64,000 nt of DNA from Clostridia bacterium (GCA_017470645.1 JAFUYJ010000026.1:4372-68371); one strand, 5' to 3'. Counted from the stretch's first letter, positions 18,358-30,100 are shown. Notes: generated by a model not told the origin, from the letters alone. Numbers and translations are program-made.

Positions 18358-19581
18358 ATGAAGAAAAGAATTACCATTATATTTTGTATAATGTTTATAA
18401 TTTTTAATTTCATATTTAGTTCTGTTTATTTTGTTCATGCGGAAAACTACCAGGATGGTATCACTTTAGAAAATTTTAAAGTTGAAGCCAACGGGGATGC
18501 TGTAGAATTCTTTAAAAATCAAAGAAATAACAATATCCCAATTTACTCAAATGGGGAACAAATTGGTTCAAAAAGTTTGGAACAAAATAACAAAGAAACA
18601 AATAACGCCGTAGTAGCAGCTTTAGTTAGAACCTGTACTTTTATTGTAGAATGGGCAAATAACATACCTCAAAAAGCAGTAGAAGCAACAGATAATACAT
18701 TGAATTTAGAATATTTTACAATATATAGTTTGGTAATGGGAGAATATGATTTCTTTAATCTAAACTTTTTCACAACATCGGGTGATGAAGAAGATGCAGG
18801 AATATATGCACTAATACCTGGAGAACAATATGGAGAAAATAAACTATCTCTAGGTGGACAAATAAAACAAAACATAAAGACTTTCTACTATATATTAAGA
18901 ACGCTAAGTTTTGCAATAAGCTTATTTGTTCTAATATACATAGGAATAAGAATGGCATTATCAGCTGTAACATCAGAACAGGTAAAATATAAAAAAATGA
19001 TTATAAACTGGATAACATCATTAGTATTATTATTTATCTTACATTTTATAATTATAGTATTTTCATACGCATCACAATTTGCATTGGGATTAGTAAAGAA
19101 TCTAGCAAATGTAATGGGAGTTTCAAATATCGAGGAGCTAATATTAGACGGAAGAATAGCTTACATGGGAACAGCAACTGGATTTCATGTTATAACATCA
19201 TTAATTACAGTAGCAATATTTGTATATTATGAAATCAAATTCTTTATTATGTATGTAAAGAGATTTTGCGAAATAGCATTTTTAATAGTTATCGCGCCGC
19301 TAATAACCATAACATATCCAATTGATAAAATAGCAGATAATAAAGCGCAAGCCTTTTCAATGTGGCTTAAAGAATTATCAGTAAAATATTCAATACAAGT
19401 AGTACACGCGCTAACATACGTAATATTTATAGCATCAGCAGGAGTAATAGCACAGGAAGTTCCATTATTTGCTGCATTCTTTCTATTAGCACTTGATAAA
19501 GCAGAAAAAATATTCAGAAATGTTCTAAATGTAAAAGATAATAGCTTTGAAAAAATAAAAGTACCTATTATCGGTAATTAA
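18358..19581 (+). CDS. VirB6/TrbL-like polytopic membrane protein 1
   Basis: LIYIGIRMA...YKKM..NW and YVKRF..IAFLIVIAPLITITYPIDK...AF..W; TAG immediately followed by ATG after virB4. Confidence 0.65.
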   Translation: MKKRITIIFCIMFIIFNFIFSSVYFVHAENYQDGITLENFKVEANGDAVEFFKNQRNNNIPIYSNGEQIGSKSLEQNNKETNNAVVAALVRTCTFIVEWANNIPQKAVEATDNTLNLEYFTIYSLVMGEYDFFNLNFFTTSGDEEDAGIYALIPGEQYGENKLSLGGQIKQNIKTFYYILRTLSFAISLFVLIYIGIRMALSAVTSEQVKYKKMIINWITSLVLLFILHFIIIVFSYASQFALGLVKNLANVMGVSNIEELILDGRIAYMGTATGFHVITSLITVAIFVYYEIKFFIMYVKRFCEIAFLIVIAPLITITYPIDKIADNKAQAFSMWLKELSVKYSIQVVHALTYVIFIASAGVIAQEVPLFAAFFLLALDKAEKIFRNVLNVKDNSFEKIKVPIIGN

Positions 19582-19612
19582 ATAAATAAAAAAGATTGGA
19601 AGTGAGTTATAT

Positions 19613-21133
19613 ATGTTTAAAAATAAAAAAAGAATTATAATAATAGCTGTAATTGTAGCAATTATTATTCTAGTTTGTATTGTAATAAACATATATAACC
19701 AAAAGAAAAAAGAAAAGTTTATCCAATCAGAAACAGAAAGAGTACTAAAATATACATCAATAGAAGAATTTAAAAGCATAGAAGAAGTTTTCTTATATCT
19801 AAATAGTGAATTTATAAGTATAGAAGATTCAGAAGAAGAAAACGTTGATTATATAATAAAAGGAAAATTGAAATACAATGCAGAATATAGTGCAAAAACA
19901 TATTACGAAAACCTAATCCAATATTCTGCATATGTATTACAATATAAAAATTTCTACATAGTAGACGAAAGCAAAAATATAAATATTTTTGTGCTTTGTA
20001 ACTCAGAAAAAGAAACAGTTGTAACATATTATATAAATGATAATGAAAGATATCTAGAAAAATTACAAAATGAACAAAACATAGGAAAAGCAGAGCAACC
20101 AGAAATAAAATCAGTAAAAGTATCTTCAGAGGAATTAAATCAAATAATATCAAACAACTGGAAGACAAATGACATAAATTTAGGAACACAAGATAGTACG
20201 TATAGATACTATGACATATATTTTGATGAAGGTTATGAAATAAGAAAGATAAATGGAAAAGTATTTAACATAGTCTTCACAAATAAGTATAACAAAGACG
20301 TATTAGATAATATAAGAGTTAAAACATCTAAAGAAGAAACCATGAAGTCTCTTGGAAAACCAACATATGAATCAAGTGAAACATGGGGTTATAAAACAGA
20401 GAAATTTTATATATTTTTCAGCGATGAGCAGATATCAATTTATCCTGTAATTGAATATAGCACAGATAAAATTATAGAGGCATTAGAAGATTACAGTAAA
20501 ACAAATGACTTTCAAAAATATATAAACACCATAAGAACGATTTGGCAGGATTATGATTATTTTGAAAGCAACGGAAATAAAGTAATTTTGCAATATACAT
20601 TAAAAGGAATAAAATTTAAATATGATTCAACAGCACAAAATGGTGTAATACTTTACAACAATTACGCAGGATTAGTGAATAAAAACAATACTTTACAAAA
20701 CGTAATTAATAACAACACATTAAATCTACCAGATAAAATGTACTATGAAAATACTGATTTAGTATTTGAAAGTGAAAAAACAAGAATTGCAACATTGGAT
20801 GATTACACACAATATAATAATTTGACAACAGAAAAAATCTTAAACACAAGCAATAAATATAAAGTCAATCAAGATTCAGAAGGAAAGGTAATGTTTATAT
20901 CAATAAATAAACAAGCACCTAACACAGAGCTTAGGGAAATAGCAGATTCAGCGGTTTGGTATGATGACCATACATTTATATATTCTGTTAGTGGAAAAGG
21001 AATTTACATGTATGATGTACAAGCTCAAAAGTATACAACAATTGTGGAAGGAAACGATAAATATCAGATAAAGGTACTAACCAAAGAAAATGAATTAATC
21101 TATGATGAAACAAGCATAGTTTTGGAAAAATAA
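19613..21133 (+). CDS. Hypothetical membrane-anchored extracellular protein in the T4SS-like operon
   Basis: 506-aa ORF with one N-terminal TM and a Tyr/Asn-rich soluble region. Confidence 0.6.
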   Translation: MFKNKKRIIIIAVIVAIIILVCIVINIYNQKKKEKFIQSETERVLKYTSIEEFKSIEEVFLYLNSEFISIEDSEEENVDYIIKGKLKYNAEYSAKTYYENLIQYSAYVLQYKNFYIVDESKNINIFVLCNSEKETVVTYYINDNERYLEKLQNEQNIGKAEQPEIKSVKVSSEELNQIISNNWKTNDINLGTQDSTYRYYDIYFDEGYEIRKINGKVFNIVFTNKYNKDVLDNIRVKTSKEETMKSLGKPTYESSETWGYKTEKFYIFFSDEQISIYPVIEYSTDKIIEALEDYSKTNDFQKYINTIRTIWQDYDYFESNGNKVILQYTLKGIKFKYDSTAQNGVILYNNYAGLVNKNNTLQNVINNNTLNLPDKMYYENTDLVFESEKTRIATLDDYTQYNNLTTEKILNTSNKYKVNQDSEGKVMFISINKQAPNTELREIADSAVWYDDHTFIYSVSGKGIYMYDVQAQKYTTIVEGNDKYQIKVLTKENELIYDETSIVLEK

Positions 21134-21189
21134 AACAGTAATAAAGAATTTAAGCAATTAAAATACTAAAAGGGAAGGAGATAATATTA

Positions 21190-23868
21190 ATGAAATCAAT
21201 AAAACTACTATCAAAAAGAATATTAGTAATATTAATGATATTATTAACATTATTTCCTTGTCTTTTTTCAGGAATTTCGTTAGCTGTAGACAGTACACCT
21301 ATACAACTTACAACGGAACGTGCAGGTAATTATGTTGCAACATTTGGAATAAATTTTTACAAAAATTGGAGCAGTATTAATTATGTATCAACAGAAACAA
21401 ATTCAGCACCAAAAGGAAAAGCTTCAGTATCTGGAAATGATACATTTGTATGGCCAATTGATCCAGATCAATACACTGTAACAAGTGAGTTTGGTCCTCG
21501 TTCTCTTGATAATCATAAAGGAATGGATTTTGGAGCAGTAAAGGGAACACCAGTATATTCAAGTTGTTCAGGAACTGTTGTACAAACATATACACAATGT
21601 ACACATAATTATGCAAAAAATGCCAGCTGTGGTTGTGGTGGCGGATATGGAAATCATATAGTAATAGACTCAGGCAATGGTGTTGGAATTATATATGGGC
21701 ATTTAACAGACGTATTAGTTAATGTCGGAGATGAGGTTCAACAAGGAGAGCAAATAGGAACAGTAGGAAGTACTGGATGGTCAACAGGAGACCACTTACA
21801 TTTTGAGTTTATTACAAATGATATTACAGGAGTTGATTCAAAAGATTACATAGTTAGAAGTTCAATGGCAGGATATGGATATAGTGTAAATCCACGTTTA
21901 TTTGTGGATGATGGAGCAACAATTTCAGGTGGAATTGCACCAAAATCAAAGAAATCAACACAAGTAAAAAAATATGGTGAAATAAAAACAGCATATGACA
22001 ACACAGCAGATGAAAAATCAAAACCAATAGACCCATCAGATGAAACATATAAATTAAGCAATAAATCATGGATAGACTTCACATTCAAAAATGCGCTTGG
22101 ACTTGAAGGAACAAACTACTATCCAACATCAAACTTATCAAACGATAGTAAATACTATGAAAAAATTGGTGAAAGCCAAGTAACAGACGATGGAGTTTTA
22201 GATATAAATTCATTAATGAGTAGTGGTCAAATACTACCAGGAGATATATTATACACGTACCCTAATAAGGAATATCTACTATACGTAGGTGGAACAAAAG
22301 TAATATATGCAACAAAACCATACAAAGAAGAAGATGGAGCATTAAAATATGAGTATCTAGATGAATACTTTGTAAAACAAAAAAATGCAGTAATAAATCA
22401 AATAAAACAACAAATACCAGAAGCTCAAAGAGAAACTGCAGAAATAGATGAACCAATATGTGGAGTAACAGATATATACAGATTAAACGATACATTATTA
22501 ACAGAGTTAAACATAAAAGAAAACACAGAAAGATTGTTTTTCAATGGAAAAGGATATTTTGATCCAAATACTTCATACAGTGGAACTCCAACAAAAGGAA
22601 GTTATAAAGGTGTAAAAAAATTCCATATGTTCACCCTAGCAGATGTTTTTTGGTTTGTAATAAATGCTCTTACATATGTAATTAGAGCAGTAATAGTAGG
22701 ATTCGTTAACTTATTCAACTTGGTAATACAATCAACAGTAAAATACCTAAGTGGCAACACATCAGAATTACCAATGATAGATGAAATGAGAGGCGTATCT
22801 GAAACATCATATTCAAGCGATTCAATAAGTATAGAAAGCATATTCTTTAATAGAATTCCAATAGTTGATGCAAATTTCTTTAATTATGAATCAGCAGGAG
22901 GACATTTATTAGTTGATGAAAACGGCGAACATACTATGTTATATACATTAAGACAATATTTAGCAGTGTGGTATACAATAATAAGAAACTTCTCAATAGG
23001 AATAATGTTATTCATACTAATATACATAGGAATAAGAATGGCATTAACAGCTTCAGCAGAGAAAAAAGCAGATTATAAAAAAATGATTATAAACTGGGTA
23101 CAAGGACTAGGAATTGTATTGTTTATCCATCTCTTCATGTATATGATATTCTATGGAAATAATGCAATTGTTGACTTACTATATAAACTAATGCAAACAA
23201 CATCGTCTAAAATAATTGGACCTGGTGTAATAGAAGCAGGATTGTATGAAGCAGTAAGAACAAAAGCATATGCATTCGATATAAGAGAAGGAACAGTTGG
23301 ACTTATATTTTATATAATGTTAATTTATTTACTAGTAAGATTTTTATTAATATATTTAAAGAGGGCAATCGCGATATATATATTAGCAATGTCAGGCTCT
23401 TTCATGGGTGTAAAATATGCCATAGATAAAGCTAATGGAAAGAAAACCACATCTCTATCAACGTGGGCAAAGGATTTTGCGTTTAATGTACTTTTGCAAT
23501 CAATTCACTGCTTAATGTATGTATTACTATTATCAGTAGCATTATCAACTGCATTAAAATCTTTCACTGGTCTGGTAATAGGAATAGTAATTCTACAATT
23601 CATGTTACAGGCTGATAAGATATTCATGAAGATATTTAATATCCGTGCCAAAGGAGGAGTATTTGAAGGAGTACAAAAACCAGAAAGTTACTTCACTTTG
23701 TTAACAAAAGCAAGAATAGCTACTTCAGGATTAAGGAAAACTGTTGGTGCAATAGGAAACACCGTAACAGGAAAAAACAAAGTAGGCGAATTCATGTATA
23801 TGATGCATTATGCTGATGAAGATGATTCTATCAAAGATGCTAAAGAGAAAGTTGAAATGGGCAATTAA
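21190..23868 (+). CDS. M23 peptidase + VirB6-like membrane protein 2 (N-terminal part of a frameshifted gene)
   Basis: Signal peptide; M23 motifs HKGMD, YGHL, HLHF; VirB6-like LIYIGIRMA...YKKMIINW and YLKR. Confidence 0.75.
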   Translation: MKSIKLLSKRILVILMILLTLFPCLFSGISLAVDSTPIQLTTERAGNYVATFGINFYKNWSSINYVSTETNSAPKGKASVSGNDTFVWPIDPDQYTVTSEFGPRSLDNHKGMDFGAVKGTPVYSSCSGTVVQTYTQCTHNYAKNASCGCGGGYGNHIVIDSGNGVGIIYGHLTDVLVNVGDEVQQGEQIGTVGSTGWSTGDHLHFEFITNDITGVDSKDYIVRSSMAGYGYSVNPRLFVDDGATISGGIAPKSKKSTQVKKYGEIKTAYDNTADEKSKPIDPSDETYKLSNKSWIDFTFKNALGLEGTNYYPTSNLSNDSKYYEKIGESQVTDDGVLDINSLMSSGQILPGDILYTYPNKEYLLYVGGTKVIYATKPYKEEDGALKYEYLDEYFVKQKNAVINQIKQQIPEAQRETAEIDEPICGVTDIYRLNDTLLTELNIKENTERLFFNGKGYFDPNTSYSGTPTKGSYKGVKKFHMFTLADVFWFVINALTYVIRAVIVGFVNLFNLVIQSTVKYLSGNTSELPMIDEMRGVSETSYSSDSISIESIFFNRIPIVDANFFNYESAGGHLLVDENGEHTMLYTLRQYLAVWYTIIRNFSIGIMLFILIYIGIRMALTASAEKKADYKKMIINWVQGLGIVLFIHLFMYMIFYGNNAIVDLLYKLMQTTSSKIIGPGVIEAGLYEAVRTKAYAFDIREGTVGLIFYIMLIYLLVRFLLIYLKRAIAIYILAMSGSFMGVKYAIDKANGKKTTSLSTWAKDFAFNVLLQSIHCLMYVLLLSVALSTALKSFTGLVIGIVILQFMLQADKIFMKIFNIRAKGGVFEGVQKPESYFTLLTKARIATSGLRKTVGAIGNTVTGKNKVGEFMYMMHYADEDDSIKDAKEKVEMGN

Positions 23869-24998
23869 CTGATAGAGGAAAACGTGCTGTATGGTTTGAT
23901 AATTTCGCACGTAATGGTATAAATATAAGAGGAAGAAATATAAATCTTCCAATAGGAATATTACAAGCGCTTTCATCAACAGAGCGTCAAAAATTATACA
24001 GACTATTAGCACAAAATTCATCATTGGATGCTAAACGAAATATATACAAGAACATACAAGATGCAAAACAAAAGAGCAAGAAACATTATACAAGACATAT
24101 AACTACACTAAAAAATCTGGGAGTAGGAACATTCAACATGCTTGCAGGTGTAGGTTTCTTAGCTGAAGGAATAACACCTGCTATGCATAGAACAATAAAA
24201 GGTATTAAAATGAATTACAAAGAATTGCATGGTAGAGATGAAAGAAGATATAGAAGGTTACATCCATATAGAAATGATGATCCAAATAAGAAATATCTAA
24301 ACGGACCTTTGGGTGCTCTAGGAAACTTACAAGCTAAAGAAGATATGGCAGTTAAAAAATACGAAAAAGACATGAAGAAGATAAAAGGAAAACAAGAAGC
24401 GTTAAAATTAATAACAAATTATGAATCAGACATTAATAATAGATTAGATAGAATGTTTGCTGGAAAAACGGAAGCAGAAAGAAAAGAATTGTTCAAAAAC
24501 TTACAGCAAACAGTTAAAAATACTCGTAAAACAGATATTAGCGCAGGAAAAGTAAGCCAAGCGGTTGGTACATACATGTACAAAAAAGGTAACTTAAATG
24601 GCAAGTTGGAGGATTCTGATTTAGATGGAATTATGGATGAGCTACAAGGTATACTAGACAGAAAATCAACTAATAAAATTAATGTACAAGACACAAGTTT
24701 GAAAAATAGAATTATGGCGAACATAGCTGGAGGAACATTACATGATAAGAGTGGAAAAGAGGCAGCAGCGTTGATTACAGATGCTATAAATAAATTTGGT
24801 GTGGTTGATATTAGCTCAACATTTAGAACAAGCTTAAATACTGCAGATCCATCAGTAGCAGGAGATTTCGAAGATATTGCAACAGCACTGAAAAATGCAT
24901 ATGGTACAAATGAAAAATCAAAAATTGAAAATAAAGGTGCAGCAGATTCAACAGCTGACTTTATAAAAGAAATATATAAAAAGTATGAGGAGGTGTAG
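23856..24998 (+). CDS. C-terminal continuation of 21190 in the -1 frame (basic, helical tail)
   Basis: Frame is open from 23856 (NGQLTDRGKR...) and overlaps the upstream stop; no SD before TTG 24024. Confidence 0.6.
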   Translation, partial: NGQLTDRGKRAVWFDNFARNGINIRGRNINLPIGILQALSSTERQKLYRLLAQNSSLDAKRNIYKNIQDAKQKSKKHYTRHITTLKNLGVGTFNMLAGVGFLAEGITPAMHRTIKGIKMNYKELHGRDERRYRRLHPYRNDDPNKKYLNGPLGALGNLQAKEDMAVKKYEKDMKKIKGKQEALKLITNYESDINNRLDRMFAGKTEAERKELFKNLQQTVKNTRKTDISAGKVSQAVGTYMYKKGNLNGKLEDSDLDGIMDELQGILDRKSTNKINVQDTSLKNRIMANIAGGTLHDKSGKEAAALITDAINKFGVVDISSTFRTSLNTADPSVAGDFEDIATALKNAYGTNEKSKIENKGAADSTADFIKEIYKKYEEV

Positions 24999-25000
24999 TA

Positions 25001-27100
25001 GTGAATAAAAAAAGATTATTAAGCAAAATAGGAATATCAATAGCAGTACTATCATTAATAATTTTAGTAACAAGTAGAAGTCATGCGGCGGTTGCTGTTG
25101 CAGCAACTGGAATAGCAGGAATATTAATTGTTGTAGCACAAGAAGCATGCGTTGTACTTGGTCTTGCAGGACAATCAATAATAACAACCTTAACAGCGGG
25201 AGCGGATGGTTTATCTAGTAGTATTTGGTCTGTAAAAGACGTAATATTTAACAGATCAAGTCTAACAACTGCAAGCTTTTTCTTCAACAGATCTAGTGGA
25301 TTCTATATGGGATTAGATAGCAACTTGCATTATGAAGGAGGAATTGTAGGCGATATTTTTGCAAATGTTACAACCTTTTATTCAATAATGAGAAACTTAT
25401 CAATTGCAGCACTACTATTTATTTTAATATACATAGGAATAAGGATGGCAATTTCAACAGTTGCATCTGAAGAGGCAAAATACAAAAAGATGTTAGGAAA
25501 TTGGGCAGTAAGCATGGCTTTGGTTTTCGTACTACACTTTATAATTATATTAACATTATATGTAAATAATTCTTTAGTTAGAATATTGTATCATTTCGTT
25601 GATAGTTCACTTGACAATACTGTAATGTATACTGAACTTGCAATAGAAGGGGCGTTCCCAATTCTAGGTATAGGAGAAGCAATTGTATTTCTAACTTTAA
25701 TTGGTATAGAATTAACATTTATATTTATGTATATAAAACGTGTGGTAACATTAGCATTTTTAATTGTAATAGCGCCACTTATTACTATAACATACTCAAT
25801 AGATAAAATAGGTGATGGTAAATCACAGGCACTAAACACATGGATGAAAGAATATATATTTACAGTTTTAATTCAACCATTCCACTGTATTATATACATA
25901 GTTATTGTACAATCAGTATTACAGGGTGCAAGTGGATTAGAAACAATAGGATCAGGTGTTATATATATCATAATGCTATTCTTCATGAAAGAGGCAGAAG
26001 GAATTGTAAGAAAAATATTTGGAATACAATCAGATAGTATGCCAGGACATGGAGCTATGGGTGCAATGGCACTAGGTGTTTTAACACAATTTGGAGGAAA
26101 AAAAGGAAAAAAAGGATCAGCGTCAGGTGCACAATCTAATAAACAAATGCCAAATATGAGAGAAGAGCAAATTGCACAACAACAAACTCCAGCACAACAA
26201 AGAATGCAACAACAGAGACAACAACAGCAACAAAAGCAGCAACAAGTACAACAGCAGCAACAAGTACAACAACAGCAACAAGCACAACAGCAACAACCAG
26301 CGCAACAGCAACAAGCACAAGAACAGCAAACATCAACAGATGAATCATCAGGATTGGATTGGGGTAAATTGTTGCGATCAGCAAGGGTTGCTCAAGGAAT
26401 AGGTAATATAAAACAAATAAGAAAAGCAAGAAATGCAATTGCAAACAGTGACTTTGCACAAAATAGTTCTGAAAAAATAAGATCGCTAAAAAATCGTATA
26501 TCTAACTCAGATATTGCTAATAAGAAGTTTTTTGGAAAGAGTATAAAAGAAAGGGCAAACGAAACAGCAAGTGAATTTAGAACAGGTGTAAGCTTATTAG
26601 GCGGAGAAGAAGGTATGCGTAAAAGAGGTATTGCACTTGGTGCAGGTATGGCAGCATTTGGTATTGGTGGAGGCATGGGAGATGCTAAAGCCGCAATAGG
26701 TGCTGCATTAGTAGCACAAGGTGGAGCTGAAAGCATTGAAAATGCCCTAGATGATATAAGATACAATAACCAACTTGAAGATAATGAGGAAGTATATAAA
26801 GACTATCTTAAAGCAACATACTATAATCAATTTAGAGCACAACAAGGTGCAGATAGTCGTGGTACTGCATATAGTAACTACACAGATGAAGAGATTAATG
26901 ATTATATTACACAATTATATAAAGATTATAGTGATAACAAACTTGTATATGATGACATCAGCGATAGAGATAAAGAATTATTAAAAATGCGTAAAAATAT
27001 GCATAAATCTTATGCTATGGTTGGTGAATCAGATGCAGACGGTAAACTAGAAGATTTAGCAGAAGAAGCACGTCAAGAGTTAGCAGCACAGAATCCATAA
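25001..27100 (+). CDS. VirB6-like membrane protein 3 with polyQ tract and Gly/Ala-rich tail
   Basis: LIYIGIRMA...YKKMLGNW; YIKR...AFLIVIAPLITITYSIDK; SD GAGGTG with GTG start. Confidence 0.7.
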   Translation: MNKKRLLSKIGISIAVLSLIILVTSRSHAAVAVAATGIAGILIVVAQEACVVLGLAGQSIITTLTAGADGLSSSIWSVKDVIFNRSSLTTASFFFNRSSGFYMGLDSNLHYEGGIVGDIFANVTTFYSIMRNLSIAALLFILIYIGIRMAISTVASEEAKYKKMLGNWAVSMALVFVLHFIIILTLYVNNSLVRILYHFVDSSLDNTVMYTELAIEGAFPILGIGEAIVFLTLIGIELTFIFMYIKRVVTLAFLIVIAPLITITYSIDKIGDGKSQALNTWMKEYIFTVLIQPFHCIIYIVIVQSVLQGASGLETIGSGVIYIIMLFFMKEAEGIVRKIFGIQSDSMPGHGAMGAMALGVLTQFGGKKGKKGSASGAQSNKQMPNMREEQIAQQQTPAQQRMQQQRQQQQQKQQQVQQQQQVQQQQQAQQQQPAQQQQAQEQQTSTDESSGLDWGKLLRSARVAQGIGNIKQIRKARNAIANSDFAQNSSEKIRSLKNRISNSDIANKKFFGKSIKERANETASEFRTGVSLLGGEEGMRKRGIALGAGMAAFGIGGGMGDAKAAIGAALVAQGGAESIENALDDIRYNNQLEDNEEVYKDYLKATYYNQFRAQQGADSRGTAYSNYTDEEINDYITQLYKDYSDNKLVYDDISDRDKELLKMRKNMHKSYAMVGESDADGKLEDLAEEARQELAAQNP
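26174..26329 (+). repeat. CAA/CAG polyglutamine tract with ~18-bp periodicity
   Basis: Encodes QQQQQV/QQQQQA-like units. Confidence 0.85.
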
Positions 27101-27151
27101 TAAATGAAATATTTGATTAAAGAATATAATGTAAATTAAGGAGGTGAAATC

Positions 27152-30100
27152 ATGCCAAATACAAATCAACCAGATAATCAAGACAATCTTGATGAAGTTC
27201 AAGAAGATGAACTAAGGCGTCAGCCTGAGGAACGTAGCGCAGCAGAACAGGCTGCAAGACAGGCAGCAGGAGATGCTGTAAGAGCTGGAAGGGACAAACT
27301 TGTTCAAAGAATATCAGCTACAAAAGTAGGACAGGCAATAAAGAGTGCATTTACAGCTACGAAAGGCTTTTTAGCTGGACATTTGGTTCCAGTAATTGTA
27401 ATAGTGTTTCTTATTATAGTTATAATAGGTTTTGTAGGCTATTTTATGTATATGCCATCACTAATAAGAGGAAAATTTGCGGAATTTTCAGGTAAACTAA
27501 TGGAAGTTTTTTATGGAGATAATCATAGACTAACAGTAAAGTCAATTGATGAAGAAAAAAGAATAGAACTACTACAATATTTAAATGATATGGGCTTAGA
27601 CGTAGTTGGCTATGGTTTCGCCCCAGGCGTAAAATTTGAGGAAGATGGAGAAGGAAAAGAAGTTATCAAAGAATATACAACTCATCTAATGACTGGCGAA
27701 GAACATGATAGTAATGATAGTGATATTGAGGATGCAAAAGGTGATTTATTATACTATTATTTAATGGCAGGAGAAAGAGCATACACAATTAACGATGATG
27801 GTCTTGATGGAACACTTGAGAAATTGTATAGACTAAATCCAGGATATCTTTTAACTTCTAAAGCATTAGAATTACTTTTTGGTCAAGATGATGCATTTAA
27901 AGGTATGATTAATATAACTGGTGATGAAGGATTTGATGGTGTAGAAGTTGAAATAGATAGAGAAAATCAAGATTTAATAATAACAAAAAATAAAAATCTT
28001 GTAGACGAATATGAATATGCATTTTCAATGGGTGACTGGACAGGAAGATATGGAACACCAGTAGAATTCTCACTAGCATTACACTTAGCTACAATGTCTT
28101 CAGGAATGATGAGAGAATTAATTACTAACCCTAACCTTCAAACCGCAGTATCAATAGGATTAGACGAAGTAGAATGTAATATAAATTTCAGATTTAACGT
28201 AAAAAATCCAGACGGAAGCGTAAGGGAATTAATGTTACCATTTAACGATCCTAATGGCAATCAATATGCATTAAGAGATAAAATAGCAAATAATGAAACA
28301 ATATCTGAGGATGACATATCAATAGAAGGATTATACTATGTTTATAAAGGATTAGAAGTATTTAAATACCAAGTAATTACAAACACTGAAAAACTCTTAC
28401 AACGTGGTGAAGATTACAATTCAATTGGTATTGGAAATATATCAAGACACTTAGAAACAATGGAAGCATTAACAGGAAGTAGAGATATAGCAGTTCAAGT
28501 AGGAAATGTAGATTATGAGCAAACCAGCAGTGATGGTAAAACAGAATATGATGGTGATGAAATTGTTATACCAGTATACTATAGAAAAGATGATGGTTTC
28601 TCAAAATCAACAGTAACTGCAAATAGCGGTGCATATATCTGTCAATATGATAAAGAAGGAGAAAGACCTGATGAATCAACAGGTAAATTAAATGCAAGCA
28701 CAATTCCTGAAACAAATCAAATTGTAAATCTACAATATGAAGAAGTAAAAGACCAAGAAAATGGTGAAAATGAAAATTACTTTATGTATAAATTAAAAAA
28801 TGATGTTGAAGGAAATGATTTTTCAGATTCTTATGAGTACATACCAAAAGCAGATAAATATAAATTAACAAGAGATGATGGATCACAATTTGACAGTGCA
28901 GATGTTACTGTATATAGAATAAGAGGTTTGGAAACATTCTTTGGTGAGCATACTCTAGATACAAACGACATAGTATACTTAACATCACATAAAGAAGCAT
29001 ACGACGCAATGCTAGAAGAAATAGATTGGTTCATCTCACTTGCAATATGGAGCAACGGTTGGGATATGTCCGAATTTAATTATAATACATCAATGGATAA
29101 TCTAAACCAATTCTATGCTAGCGAAGATTCTAATAGAAATATTAGTACAGTGTCATATTATAGAAACTTGTTTGACCAAGCAATAAGCGGTCAGGGAGAC
29201 GTAAGTTTAGCTGATGTGTATAATCAATTAATAGCAGATTATGAAACAATAAAGAATAAATCTATACCAGTTGAATCTACACAAAGTGAAGTAGAGAGTA
29301 GACTTAAAAAGCTAGATTATGAAGTATTTACAGATAAAGTAGTATACTTTATATATGAACAATTCAATGACAAAATGGATGAAAGTGGAAGTGTAGTTAA
29401 ATATGTACAACCATATATAAAAAGTGTTGTAAAACACTGGTTTAAAGATGTAGACTTTATGGCAGATGGAGTATATTCTGAATCAGATGCTGCAATAGAA
29501 TTGGCATTCCCAGCTGAAACTGAGTTGCCAGAAGAAGTAGAAGCAGTAACAGTTTTAACTCCAAAAAATGGAGGAAGAGTATCAACCCAAATGGATGAAC
29601 CATATGTTATAAAAGGTGATACAGTATTACGTGACGGTAAAATTGTTGATGACCATAATACATCTATAAAAGATGCGGTTAACAAGACAGCAGATGTATC
29701 AGATTATAACTGGGGAGACGGCTATAGAACAACCAAAAAAATATTCACTCAAGGATTTTATTATACATTTGATGGAACAGCAGATACAGCAAGAAGTATT
29801 TATTTCCAAGAGGAATTAGAAAATGCATCATACGGAGAAATAATAGAGTTTTCAGTTTCTAACGGAAGAATAGTAAAAGCACAAAGAAATCCTCAAAGAG
29901 AAATAATTGGTATGGATATGATTTTCGATAAAAATGCCATTACCATTTATTATGAAGGCGAAGATGAAGAAGAGCTAAAACTATACGAAAGTGATAATGA
30001 AAATATTAGAAGATATAGTGATGCGAAAAAAACGAACCTTAAAGTTCCGGTAAAAAAATACATAATTGTATATAACAATTCAAACTTAGAATATCTATCA

